A stretch of DNA of 64,000 nt from a virus: the IMG/VR virus record IMGVR_UViG_3300044846_001307, positions 12,725-76,724 of that record; one strand, 5' to 3'. The position numbers and the translations under genes were made by a program. The notes beneath the pieces are model-generated. The model made no database searches, was not told where the DNA came from, and saw only the letters and a list, made by a program, of their open reading frames with translations. Of the stretch, positions 9,896-20,800 are shown piece after piece (position 1 is the stretch's first letter; each line of letters opens with the position of its first letter).

Positions 9896-10282
9896 ATGAA
9901 AAAACAACTAGAAGCAGTAGAAAAGTTCCATAATGCATTTGGACAAGAGAACGGTAAATATCCAAGACCTATTAGTAAAGATGACTATGATCTTAGATAT
10001 AAGTTAATGGCTGAAGAAAACTATGAGTATCTTGAGGGATGTGAAGCTAATTCATTAGTAGAGATTGCTGATGCATTGGGAGACCAACTATATATTCTTT
10101 GTGGGACAATTCTAAAACATGGTATGCAACATATCATACAAGATGTGTTTGATGAGATTCAAGCAAGTAACATGAGCAAGTTAGGAGAAGATGGTAAACC
10201 TGTTCTTAGAGACGATGGTAAAATTTTAAAAGGACCTGAGTACTTTAAACCAGACTTGACAAAATTTATTAAAGAAGACTGA
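9896..10282 (+). CDS. MazG-like / PRA-PH nucleoside triphosphate pyrophosphohydrolase
   Basis: EENYEY...EIADALGDQLY...SNMSKL...DGKILKGP motifs of the all-alpha NTP-PPase family. Confidence 0.85.
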   Translation: MKKQLEAVEKFHNAFGQENGKYPRPISKDDYDLRYKLMAEENYEYLEGCEANSLVEIADALGDQLYILCGTILKHGMQHIIQDVFDEIQASNMSKLGEDGKPVLRDDGKILKGPEYFKPDLTKFIKED

Positions 10283-10893
10283 TGTTTAGTATAAACCCAA
10301 ATCAAAATAAAAGATTCTTTGTAGTAGATGACTTCTATGAAGATCCTATGGCAGTAAGAGAGCATGCATTAGCTCAAACATACTTTCCTGGAGAAGGTGC
10401 TGTTGGTGAAAGAACCCGTGATCAATTCTTATTTGAAGGTCTTAAGGAAAAGTTTGAAGAAATCATGCAAGTTAAAATAGCTGATTTAACTGAAGACGGT
10501 TTTGGTTGGTATAATGTAGGGATTAATGGTAGATTCCAATCTTGTATTGGTGGTGTACCTCAAGTATTTCACTGTGATGCACAGAAATGGGCAGGTGTAA
10601 TATTTTTGACCCCAGATGCTCCTCCTCAATCAGGTACTAGCTTCTATAGAAACAAACAATCTAAAGTGTATCATAATGAGCAAATTGATTGGACTGTAGG
10701 TGAGAATGGTAATGCATTTTCTAAGCATACATTTCTAGATCCTACTCCATTTGAGAGACAGGATACTGTAGGTAATGTATTTAATAGACTAGTTATATTT
10801 GACGGAGGATTAATCCATTCAGGTAATGATTACTTTGGTCACAGTAGAGAAACTGGTAGATTATTCCAGATTTTCTTTTTTAATGAAATATGA
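10282..10893 (+). CDS. 2OG-Fe(II) dioxygenase superfamily protein (DUF6445-like)
   Basis: VVDDFYEDP start, HxD (FHCD), GTSFY, NRLVIF...H (LIHS), terminal RLFQIFF. Confidence 0.8.
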   Translation: MFSINPNQNKRFFVVDDFYEDPMAVREHALAQTYFPGEGAVGERTRDQFLFEGLKEKFEEIMQVKIADLTEDGFGWYNVGINGRFQSCIGGVPQVFHCDAQKWAGVIFLTPDAPPQSGTSFYRNKQSKVYHNEQIDWTVGENGNAFSKHTFLDPTPFERQDTVGNVFNRLVIFDGGLIHSGNDYFGHSRETGRLFQIFFFNEI

Positions 10894-11261
10894 TGGAAGA
10901 TAATACAGAAATATCTCAAGAGTTAATTACGTATATTACTTTATTATCTGCAATGCAGGTTGTACAGAATTGTACTCTTGAATTACAAGGTACAATTTAT
11001 GACCAAGGAAAAGTAAAAATAAAAACTAGGGAAGCTCTTAATGCTATGACCCAACTGAATGATAAAAGAAAAAGACAAATGTGGGATAATGATCCAATTA
11101 TGGCACCTACATTTATGCAAGCTATTCATATCATAGGGGAGCAATTAGCAAAAGGTGATGGTACTGCATTAGCAAACATCACAGCTCTGACAAGACAAGG
11201 TATTGATTTATCTAAATACAAACTGGTAGAAATAGAAGAAGATGAACAAAGCAATGATTAA
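10890..11261 (+). CDS. hypothetical protein
   Basis: 123 aa ORF with ATGA overlap. Confidence 0.65.
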   Translation: MMEDNTEISQELITYITLLSAMQVVQNCTLELQGTIYDQGKVKIKTREALNAMTQLNDKRKRQMWDNDPIMAPTFMQAIHIIGEQLAKGDGTALANITALTRQGIDLSKYKLVEIEEDEQSND

Positions 11262-11427
11262 AAAGCTTATTATTGAAGCTTATCTCTCTGGTGCAGAATC
11301 TATGTACTGTGGATGTTATGAAAGACCAACAAAAGCTGAGGCTAGAGATTGGTATGATCAAGAATATGGTGTAGAAGATGCAGAAATCACGGAAGATTGT
11401 GATTGTTGTGAAGAAGAAGAAGATTAA
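11242..11427 (+). CDS. small acidic Cys-containing hypothetical protein
   Basis: 61 aa ORF filling the gap between neighbours; CGC and CDCC motifs. Confidence 0.55.
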   Translation: MNKAMIKKLIIEAYLSGAESMYCGCYERPTKAEARDWYDQEYGVEDAEITEDCDCCEEEED

Positions 11428-11429
11428 CT

Positions 11430-11786
11430 ATGATTTGGTACATAACTGAATGGAAAACCAATAAGAAGATAACTCTTCCTACTGGAACACTTCTTGATCT
11501 TACATTTATGGAAAAAGGTTGGGGTAATGGTTATGTTGCTATTCCTCCTACACATCCTGCATACAAAATGGATTGGGATACTATGTTATATGCCATAGAT
11601 GTACATGGTGGAATTACATATAATGATTTTGGAGATGGTATAAGAGCACCAAAAGATTGGTGGGTTATTGGTTTTGATACATCTCACTATGGAGACACTA
11701 TGGAAAGATGGCCAAAAGAAGCTGTAGAAGCTGAAACAAAAAGATTATTTTGTCAATTACTTGACATAGAATTAGGGGGACTGTAA
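11430..11786 (+). CDS. conserved phage hypothetical protein
   Basis: GYVAIPxxHP...VHGGITY...WVIGFDxxHYGD signature common in phage proteins; function unknown. Confidence 0.7.
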   Translation: MIWYITEWKTNKKITLPTGTLLDLTFMEKGWGNGYVAIPPTHPAYKMDWDTMLYAIDVHGGITYNDFGDGIRAPKDWWVIGFDTSHYGDTMERWPKEAVEAETKRLFCQLLDIELGGL

Positions 11787-11804
11787 TGGTCCCCCTTTTT
11801 TTTT
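11774..11804 (+). terminator. intrinsic terminator at the convergence of the two gene arms
   Basis: AGGGGGAC-tgtaatg-GTCCCCCT hairpin with 9 T; overlaps the stop of 11430-11786. Confidence 0.85.
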
Positions 11805-11809
11805 CCTTG

Positions 11810-11950
11810 TTACCTTCCTTGAGAATTATACTTCTTTTTATAATTCTTGGAGCTTTTAAGTTTTGATGACTTAGTTTTTGAATGTATCCCAGGACGTGAT
11901 ACCTTTACTTTATCATACGTTTTTGCTGATCCTGTTGTTGTTTTTGCCAT
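11810..11950 (-). CDS. 46-aa highly basic protein (MAKTTTGSAKTYDKVKVSRPGIHSKTKSSKLKSSKNYKKKYNSQGR), absent from the ORF track
   Basis: Translated by hand: ATG at 11950, TAA at 11812-11810; starts 2 nt after the upstream gene's stop. Confidence 0.75.
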   Translation of the reverse strand: MAKTTTGSAKTYDKVKVSRPGIHSKTKSSKLKSSKNYKKKYNSQGR

Positions 11951-11952
11951 TT

Positions 11953-14900
11953 TTAACTTCCTCTTTTAGAACTGTTTTTAACCATATTTTCAAATTGTGT
12001 AACTGGATCCCCAGTACCTCCGGATAAACCAAATATCTTACCTAATTTACTCCAAATCTTTAGTTCCCCTTCTTGTTTCCAAGAATAAGGTCCAGTATCT
12101 CTTTTATATCTATCCATTTCTGAAAATGTTACAAAGTCTAACACGTCTCCAAATATATCAATATAAAGTACAACTGTGTTATACCACGATGTTGTTGTTT
12201 GTGTAATCATCTTAACGTAGTCATCTGAACCAAAGTTAATTCCTTTTACATTAGGTAGTGGAACAAATGCACTAGACTCTGCTTGTACCCCCATTGCTAA
12301 TAACAACATGTGATTAGCTAAGAATCCGTATGTATTGAAACTATCTTCATTGATTGCACCAGACTTAGCTCTTAGTTTTTTCCATTTCTCATCATCTTCT
12401 GGATCAAATCCAAACAACATTAATGATAATAGAGCAAGACCAATAGCAAAGAATCCTTCACCGGCCATTTTTCTTACAGCACCTTTTTCCTGGTCTGTTA
12501 AATAACTGTAGTTTTTAAAACCAGACTTCATAGTTTTAAGCATGGTTTGAAATGCAGTTATGTAAAAACCTTTACCATAAGAAGTTGTAGCCCAATCATA
12601 TCTGTCACCACCACCGGTCCATGAAATAGTTTTAGAATCAAAACCAAATCTATTCATCAACATTGGTGTAAACCATTTTCTCATGAAGAAGAACATTCTG
12701 TAGAGTAATAACTTATTACCTTCAGGTTGTCCCATCTCATCATATGCACCAAATAACTTTCTAGAAGTTCCCTGGATTCTATTCTTAAGTCCCATGAATA
12801 ACTCTGACTTAGCAATAATAAGCTCTTGACCATCTTCAAGCTGCACTTCAGATTTAATCCTGTTCTTAGCTTTAAGTTCATCAACACTTATGTAATACTT
12901 CTTAGCTATTTCTGCTAAAGTCTCACCTTTAACATACTCATGATAAACTGCAAGATTATTCCATCCTGGGTGTACTCCTTTTTTAAGTCTGATAATTCCA
13001 TCTTCATCTTTCTCCCAAGCTTCAATGTATCTTAATGCTTTCTTTGTACCATCACCAAGAATCTGATCTACTTTCTGACCATACATGAATGCACCAAACA
13101 ATGAGACTGCAACTTGCATCTCACCAAATTTTCTGTGCATGTACATCCACTCCATGTTGACTAGATCTTTTACTAATGATCTCTCAACCTCTCTACCGAA
13201 TTGATCTTTAGATTTAAAGTTAGGATCAAAGATCTGAATCAACTGTGTAGATATAGCTCCAGGTCCTGTTTGATAGATACCTTTTGTTGACCATTCTAAC
13301 ATAGCTTTTTCTGCCCAAGGTCTTGCTAATGCAATATCTTTAAGATTGATAAACTCAGCACCTGCACCTTCAATAATTAACTGGACGTAACCACCATACT
13401 TGTTTTTCAAATCTGAAGGAATATTAACAGCTAATGAACCCATAGCAGATAAACCTTGAAGTTGATTTATCCATTTACCAAAACCAGGGTGAGTTTCCTC
13501 AATACCTTCAACCATCTTACCATAGTACTCTCTTTCAATAAGAGATTTTACTTGACCAAGTCTATTGTTAGTAGCAAACTTTTTCTTTGCATTTGTTAGG
13601 GCCCCTTTCAAACTGTAGATGTTCTTATCAAACTTCTCTAATTCTTTAGGAGCATTATCAGGATCCTCTAAAGTGTCCAAGATACTTTGCACAAGAGGTA
13701 AGCTTTCTAAAAGTTTTCCTTGTGTTTGTACAGACAACGCATATCTAAATAAACCTTGGAAGATATCAGCATCTTGTACTTCAATATCTAAGTTATAGAT
13801 ACCAGATACAGGAACGTATGATATTTGATTTCCATCAAGATCCGTGTTTACTAAGTTGTTTTCAGGATTGTAGTTCAAGTCATTCTCAGCATCCATTACA
13901 GATTTACCTAATGCTTGTTTGTACCACTCCTTTACATTTGCCCCTAATTCAGAGAACCTCTGACCGTAAGCACCTTTTTGAATAGCTTGGTAGATGTCTC
14001 CTTTTTTAAGAGCATATCTAGGCATGTCAAGATACAACTTACTATAACTACTCTGACCTTTCTGATTATCTAAATGGTATTCCTTAATTGCTTCAAGTAA
14101 CTTAAATTCATTACTGTTAGCAGCTTGCATTTGAAAGTACTTCTCATTCATGAATCTGTTATCAAGAGCACTGTATTTTGAATTTGGTTCATAAAGTCTA
14201 GGTAACCATTGATTCTTATTATCAATGTACTTACCTATATACTCTGACTTGTCTGCTCCAAAAGGAATAGTTCTATACTCATCTTTAACCTGATATCTAG
14301 AGTGTCTTGCATTTGGTGTACCCATAAGAACAACCTCGTCTCCGTTTCTGTCTAAGATTCTAGTAAACTTGATGTTACTTTCATCTTTAGGTACAGACAC
14401 AGTATTGGCTTTTGTTCTTTTATATCTAGCAATGTAAGCTCTAGATGGTTTATCATACTGTTGTACAACATAGTGATTAGTTTCAAACCAACTCTTAAAT
14501 GCATCATCTGCATCTAGAATTTCTTCAAACTCTTCAGTATTAATAAAGTCATCAATCTCATCAATCTCCAACTCTTTAATATTTTGCTTAGATAAATTAT
14601 AGTTTAATGTCTCTAAGTAATATGTAGTAGGTATGTTTACTGATAAGTCAGATAACTCTGAGAAGATATCTTGGATTCTAGCGGCATCTTCAGGACTTAT
14701 TCCCTGGTCATTTAACAAGTCTAATAGATACATATATCTTTTAGATTCTGCAGACCCTGCTTGTAGTAATCCTTTTCTAGCTTTTTCTGACAGTTCTCTC
14801 AACTCTTCAGAGTCTTCTTTAGAGAGACCTGTGGAAGAATCAAATCTGAATTTGAAATCTGCAATAGATTGTTCCAAGTCTCTGATTCTCTCAAGTCTTG

Positions 14901-17889
14901 TTTTACCCATAGCACCACTATCAGGTTCTCCTTGCTCATCCCTGTAACTGTAGATTAGATCATTAATAGTTTTAAATGCTTCAGCTACATCAAATTTAGA
15001 TTTGGTAGCTTCATTCATTCTAGTTTGCAGTTCTCTAAGTTCTGTTATCAATGCATTTCTACTTTCCCAGTACTTAGGATCGTATTCCATTCTTAGATTC
15101 TGTCTTCTCCATTTTTCTAACTCAGCTTTAAAGTCTGCTGAACCAGGGGAGATTCCTTTAGTTTCTAATAAATCTGCAAACTCATTGTATGCACTTTGTA
15201 GTAATCCTTCAATAGGTCTCCACTCATAGAAACCTTTTGTAGCGGCTCTGTGTTCTTGTAAAACTTCAGCAATGCTTAAGTCATAGATTCCATTCTCCGG
15301 ATCATCTACTTTAGAAGTACCATCTTCATAAGTAAGAGAATATAATTGTTGAAACTCTCTGAATGCAGCTTGAATAGTAGAGTATTTTTCAAATCTCTCA
15401 TACTCATTCTCCATACTGTTTAGTAAGTTGTTGTAAGCTTGTAGCTTTTGCTTTCTAACAAAGTATGCTAATTTACCTACCTCAGACTTTTTAAAGATAT
15501 CATCTTTCTCATAGAATTCTGGCACATATTCTTGCCACATGAAGTCTCTTTTAAACTGTTCAAACTCCATAACTGCATCAGCAAGTTTTGTTTGATCTTC
15601 AGTTTTCTTTGCTTCTTCAATGTTCCACTCTAATAAATCATAATGGTATCTGTAGTCTTTGTATTTATCAAGATAAGCATAAACTTCTTTCTCAATAGGT
15701 TTACCTGTTTCTTTATCAAAATACATTATCTTATCTTTGAACCCAAGCTTTTCTCTTAACTGAATAGAGTTAAGTTTGCTGAATCCTACTTTAGGTAGAA
15801 GTTCTTCTAGTTTTTTTCTAAACTTCATAGACTGCTCCCAAACAACGTTTTGAACTTGAGTTCTCTCATTCTGAATAAACATTGCTAATGGTCCTACTAT
15901 AACATCATTACTTGAACTATAGCTTTCCAACCATCTATTGAACCAGGTAACATCCTGTGCACCTCCTGTAAGAGCTGCTCGGATCTTATCCTCATCAACT
16001 ACTAAGTCTTTGTATTCTTTTAAAAACCCTTTTAAAACATCCGCGGGAATACCTTTCTGTACTAATGCATCCACATCAGCATCTGTAAGAGTTTGTTGAA
16101 CAACTTTATTATATAAGTCATCAACTTCTTTCTCTAACTGATCTGCAGAGAAAGTTTGTTTTAATGCAATACCAAGGTTTCCTTTAAGTCTATCTTGAAT
16201 ATACTTAGACATGTATCCAGTAATCTCCACATAGAACTGTACGTTATTGTTCTTAAGGATATTTGCAATATTGGTATTGATTCTTGTAATGTTTAATACA
16301 ATCTCATTCAAGGTTTGATAGAAAGGATTACTACTTTCAATCAATTGACCTTCTGATGAAAGAGATTCATCAATTGCTTGAATCATTTTCAACCATGCTT
16401 TTGAATTTTGTTTGTATAACATTAACAAAGCAATAGTACTTCTATTGTTTATATTGGTATTGCTGATTCTTGAAACATCAAGTAACATGTTTTGGGTCAT
16501 GCTGTTGATATTATCTAATGTATTTACCAATGCTACTGCTCTTTGAAGATCTACATCTAGGGCCCCTTTGGCAGCATCTAATGCATTTTGAATCATCTGA
16601 TCTTCTGTAAAACTTTCAGTGTCTACATTAAGATTGTCTTTTAGTGTGCTAACCACCTCACGTAGATATCTGTTTGTTCCCTGTTCAAATAATGAATCCT
16701 TTAAGAATTTTCTTGATGCTTTGTCTCCTTTAAAGTTCTCAGCTTCTGTAAGAATTCTTCTATTAGTTTCATATATTTCACGGACCACTTTAAGTTGTGA
16801 CTCAGCATTAGAGAACTTGTTAAGTTCTTTTGCTCGGTCAACAACATTCCGTGAGAACATAACCAGATCTTCTTCTGTAATATTGTCTGTGTTAAACTCA
16901 AACTCTTTATCCAAGAGCATATCAGCTAACTCCTCTAGAGTAGTATCAACATCTAGTTTAGCAACGTTTACTTTATTCCCAAACAATTTTCTTAATAGCT
17001 GTTTAATAGCAGCCATAAGTTTGTTCATGAAACTTTGGAAACCTTCTGTTTCTATTTCATTGTTTATTCTATTAAGTGCTTTCAACTGCATTGCGTATGC
17101 TAGCACTTCTTCTTTGAATAGATCAGAGTTCTCTTCTAGTTCAGGATAGTTATTTAATACATAGTATTTAATACCTTGACCTTCTTCTGTAGCTAATGCT
17201 TGATCATATAGTTTCTGAAATAGGATGTTGTTTGTCTTTCTCAGGCCTTGGAGAACCGGGTGAGAGAATTCGTGAAGTACAGTTCTTACATTTACATTAT
17301 CACCTACTATATAAACAGTACCAGCATAATAAAATGCGGGTTCTCCATTGTATTTAACGGCTCTATTCTTTAAAATGTTTGCTGCTTCGTCTTGTGTAAT
17401 AGTTTCAAATTGTGCACCAATACCTTTAGATAATCTTTGTGCAAGTACTTCAGCAATTTCTCTTGATCTTTCGTTTTGTAACTCATCAAGTTTTACATCC
17501 ATAAATAATACACCATTAATCTCTTGTAAAGATTGATCTACTTTAGGATTATCTAAAGCTGGCATATCTTTCATCATCATTGCATCATCTGGTCTTGCAT
17601 TATACAAGTCCTGCAATCTCTCAAAAAGTTTTACATTAGGTTCAGCTCTAAGTACTCTATACTTTGCATCTCTCCAGTATGTAGATCTTTGTGGATCTAC
17701 ATGCTCAGACATATTAGTACTAAATAACTTAGTACCATCAGTTTTTAGACCATACTTTGTTTCAGCTAATGCTGTTATCTGATCATTTAACTTATCAAAA
17801 AGATCTTCATTGATGATTCTTCTCACATCATTTGTAGCTCCTTTATCTTGTAAAAACTTTATTGAATTTAATTGTACCTGACAAACCAT
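11953..17889 (-). CDS. giant virion ejection/cargo protein with zincin-like HExxH domain and LysM domain
   Basis: 1978 aa; VLHEFSH at ~17260-17280; LysM (VKGETLAEIAKKY.ISVDELKAKN...L..GQELII) at ~12815-12945; hydrophobic C-terminal helices; next to the RNAP gene. Confidence 0.8.
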   Translation of the reverse strand: MVCQVQLNSIKFLQDKGATNDVRRIINEDLFDKLNDQITALAETKYGLKTDGTKLFSTNMSEHVDPQRSTYWRDAKYRVLRAEPNVKLFERLQDLYNARPDDAMMMKDMPALDNPKVDQSLQEINGVLFMDVKLDELQNERSREIAEVLAQRLSKGIGAQFETITQDEAANILKNRAVKYNGEPAFYYAGTVYIVGDNVNVRTVLHEFSHPVLQGLRKTNNILFQKLYDQALATEEGQGIKYYVLNNYPELEENSDLFKEEVLAYAMQLKALNRINNEIETEGFQSFMNKLMAAIKQLLRKLFGNKVNVAKLDVDTTLEELADMLLDKEFEFNTDNITEEDLVMFSRNVVDRAKELNKFSNAESQLKVVREIYETNRRILTEAENFKGDKASRKFLKDSLFEQGTNRYLREVVSTLKDNLNVDTESFTEDQMIQNALDAAKGALDVDLQRAVALVNTLDNINSMTQNMLLDVSRISNTNINNRSTIALLMLYKQNSKAWLKMIQAIDESLSSEGQLIESSNPFYQTLNEIVLNITRINTNIANILKNNNVQFYVEITGYMSKYIQDRLKGNLGIALKQTFSADQLEKEVDDLYNKVVQQTLTDADVDALVQKGIPADVLKGFLKEYKDLVVDEDKIRAALTGGAQDVTWFNRWLESYSSSNDVIVGPLAMFIQNERTQVQNVVWEQSMKFRKKLEELLPKVGFSKLNSIQLREKLGFKDKIMYFDKETGKPIEKEVYAYLDKYKDYRYHYDLLEWNIEEAKKTEDQTKLADAVMEFEQFKRDFMWQEYVPEFYEKDDIFKKSEVGKLAYFVRKQKLQAYNNLLNSMENEYERFEKYSTIQAAFREFQQLYSLTYEDGTSKVDDPENGIYDLSIAEVLQEHRAATKGFYEWRPIEGLLQSAYNEFADLLETKGISPGSADFKAELEKWRRQNLRMEYDPKYWESRNALITELRELQTRMNEATKSKFDVAEAFKTINDLIYSYRDEQGEPDSGAMGKTRLERIRDLEQSIADFKFRFDSSTGLSKEDSEELRELSEKARKGLLQAGSAESKRYMYLLDLLNDQGISPEDAARIQDIFSELSDLSVNIPTTYYLETLNYNLSKQNIKELEIDEIDDFINTEEFEEILDADDAFKSWFETNHYVVQQYDKPSRAYIARYKRTKANTVSVPKDESNIKFTRILDRNGDEVVLMGTPNARHSRYQVKDEYRTIPFGADKSEYIGKYIDNKNQWLPRLYEPNSKYSALDNRFMNEKYFQMQAANSNEFKLLEAIKEYHLDNQKGQSSYSKLYLDMPRYALKKGDIYQAIQKGAYGQRFSELGANVKEWYKQALGKSVMDAENDLNYNPENNLVNTDLDGNQISYVPVSGIYNLDIEVQDADIFQGLFRYALSVQTQGKLLESLPLVQSILDTLEDPDNAPKELEKFDKNIYSLKGALTNAKKKFATNNRLGQVKSLIEREYYGKMVEGIEETHPGFGKWINQLQGLSAMGSLAVNIPSDLKNKYGGYVQLIIEGAGAEFINLKDIALARPWAEKAMLEWSTKGIYQTGPGAISTQLIQIFDPNFKSKDQFGREVERSLVKDLVNMEWMYMHRKFGEMQVAVSLFGAFMYGQKVDQILGDGTKKALRYIEAWEKDEDGIIRLKKGVHPGWNNLAVYHEYVKGETLAEIAKKYYISVDELKAKNRIKSEVQLEDGQELIIAKSELFMGLKNRIQGTSRKLFGAYDEMGQPEGNKLLLYRMFFFMRKWFTPMLMNRFGFDSKTISWTGGGDRYDWATTSYGKGFYITAFQTMLKTMKSGFKNYSYLTDQEKGAVRKMAGEGFFAIGLALLSLMLFGFDPEDDEKWKKLRAKSGAINEDSFNTYGFLANHMLLLAMGVQAESSAFVPLPNVKGINFGSDDYVKMITQTTTSWYNTVVLYIDIFGDVLDFVTFSEMDRYKRDTGPYSWKQEGELKIWSKLGKIFGLSGGTGDPVTQFENMVKNSSKRGS

Positions 17890-17890
17890 A

Positions 17891-20800
17891 TTATGAACAT
17901 TTAAACGGATCTTCTTCTAATTCCAATTGTGTTAATATTTCAGCATCTGAAATTCCTTGACTTGCACTCACTAAGTCTCTCATTTGGTCATACTTAGTAG
18001 AACCTGGATTAACATATTGAAACTCTTCAAATAACCTCTTACTTAAATATACAAATAATTCTTGAGGCATGGTATTAGGATCACCAAATCCATACTCTGG
18101 AAATGCAATTTTACCATCTTTATCTTGAATTTGTTTGATTATATTAATTCTCTTTTCCCAAATATTTTTTAGTGTTTGGTATTGGTCAGGACTAAGCTCA
18201 ACTTGTTTACCATTAACAACACTTGCAAATAAATTAGTTGGGAAATTAATAGACATGCTAGGTATTTCTGACATAAAGTTAGATGCACCACCTAGATTAG
18301 TACCTTTTGCAATTTGCTCAGGTTTAATCTCATAGACACTTGTGTTGTGTACAAAGACTACGTCCGGATTATTTTTACCTATGTTAGTGTAATAGTATAT
18401 ATTTTTAGCATTGCTATCATTATACATAAATACTCCTTCTTTATCTGTAGATCTTAAACCAAGTCTTTTTACTTCAGCTGTAGTATCTAGATTTGTAGAA
18501 TCTTCTTCAGCTACTTGCTCACCTCTTTGTGGTGTAGGTGCAACTGTAGGACTAATTCTTTCAGGATTAGCATAATCCATATTAGACAAGTAGTCTTTAA
18601 ATCTATTTTTGTTTAGATTAGTAACTGAGTTCTGTCTGATAAACTGATCATAGAAGTTATCCAACACTGTAAATCCTTTTTTATTCAAAGCATCCATAAA
18701 CTCACCAACCTCATCTTCTACAACAGCTAAGAAATCTGTGTAGTCAACAACATTTGTAAAGCTTAATTTAGTTTTGTTTAGACCTGTTTGCAAGAAAGCA
18801 AATGTGTTTAAGTATTTAAACATATCACTGATTCTAGCATTCTCTTGTGGATCACTAACTTTTTGTACAGTTGGATCTGCTAATCTTTTAAGATCATTAC
18901 TATAAAGATTGGCCTTATCATTATCAAAACTCTTCTCAGCTAACAAGATGTTAAATGCAGTCTCAGTTTTATCTGAATCAAGTTTTAATCTACCCAATAC
19001 TGGATAGTCTTTTGCAAGCTCTGGATTGTTTTGTAACAACTTAGACATTCTTACAGCAAAAGCATTATCACTATCTTGGAATAAGTGGAAGAAGTTGTAT
19101 GAATTATCTAAAGCTTTGACAGCTAATAGTTTTTCATATGTATATCTTGCAGCTTTTTCACTTGATAAATCTGGGAACAGTTCTTTTGTAGTTTTTAGTT
19201 CTTCTTGGAATTCTACTGAAGTAGAGAAGTCTGTTGTAAGAGGGTATACTGATCTCAAGTACTCACGTTCTGAAACAAATTTCTGATATTCATTGAAGTT
19301 TGTTTCTTCATTATTCATGAATGTTGATGGATGTAATGGGTATAAACCTCTATCCTCGTAACTATTCTCTACATCTGATCCTTCTACCCAAGCCTGTGCT
19401 TTGAATTCTTTCTGTAATTGTTTAACATCTACATATAAAGTACCACCTTTAACAAATGCACCTCTCTTAAGTTCTTTTACAAGTGCAGTAGGAATTTTAG
19501 TCTCCATGTTTAAAGACATAAATCCTTCTTCAGCTTTATATTTTCTTAGAGCATTCTGAAGAATAAAACTTACAATATCATTTCTAAATACATTGCTGAA
19601 CATTTCAACATTCTTACCTGGAAAAGTAGTTTCAAGATCATTTCTGATTTGATTCTTTCTTGCAATTAAGTAATCACTAATCTGTTTGTGGTATCTTAAT
19701 TTAAATAAAGGTCTACTTACAGCTAAAGCCATAGGTCCATTAAAGAAAGAACTAATTACAGAGTCATTCATCATTCTATCCAAAATTTCTCTTGGAATTC
19801 TTTCATCATACTGTAATTCATCAATGTTAGCTTCACTTTGCTCTACATCAGATAAAGTAGACTTAGTAGCTGTATCTGGATTAGAACTCATTTTAAGTGC
19901 TGTATATCCAGAAATTTGTTGTTCTAATTCAAGGTAATGTAGGAACATAGCTTTTGCAATATCACTATCTGCATCATTATCCATGATAAGTTTTTCCATC
20001 TCCTTTTCAGTAAATGTTTGTTCTTTTCTACCATTGAAATGAGCATCCAATAATTCTTGGCCTTTTAAATATCTAGCATCATTACTAGAATTTTTAGCTA
20101 ACTCAGCTTTGTCAAAATGTTTTCTAATAACTTCAGATGCAGCTTTGTATTTTGCTAATCCTGGACTATCTGGTTTCTTGTTAAGTACATCAGCAAAAGT
20201 AGATTTAGCAAGACGTTGTTCATCCACATACTCTCTCACCAATGGGTTAGATACAAAATAGATTGCTTCTTGAACAGGTACACCAGCTTTAACTAGATAA
20301 AGTAAAGTTGGAGCTACCTCATAGTTACCTTGGATAAAGAAGATCCATGCATCTTTCTCAACATCCACCCAACCATTCATCATCTGAGAAATAACATCAG
20401 CTACTTTATTGACACCATCAACATCATATAAATTTGACATAGAGATGACTTCTTTACCGTCCACAATCATTTTATTGTTTCTCAACCTCATGTTGCTCTT
20501 TCTCAATTCTTTCTTGATAGTATATTCATCCGGCATATAAGCACCAATTGAATTCATAATAACATTGAAAGTATTTTCAATAGCACCGAGACCTAAAGTT
20601 TTCTTACCTACAATATTAGATTCATGTTTGTATATGTTATACATTGCTTCTAATACTCTTGTAGGACTAATTTCTCCAGTATTGTCAGTCATTTTATTAT
20701 TCTTAGGATTGTACTCCGAAACATACTCTGATAATTTTTCAGCAATGTCTTTAAGAATAAACGTACCATTTGGCATAATAAGAGATGCATAGTTATCAGG

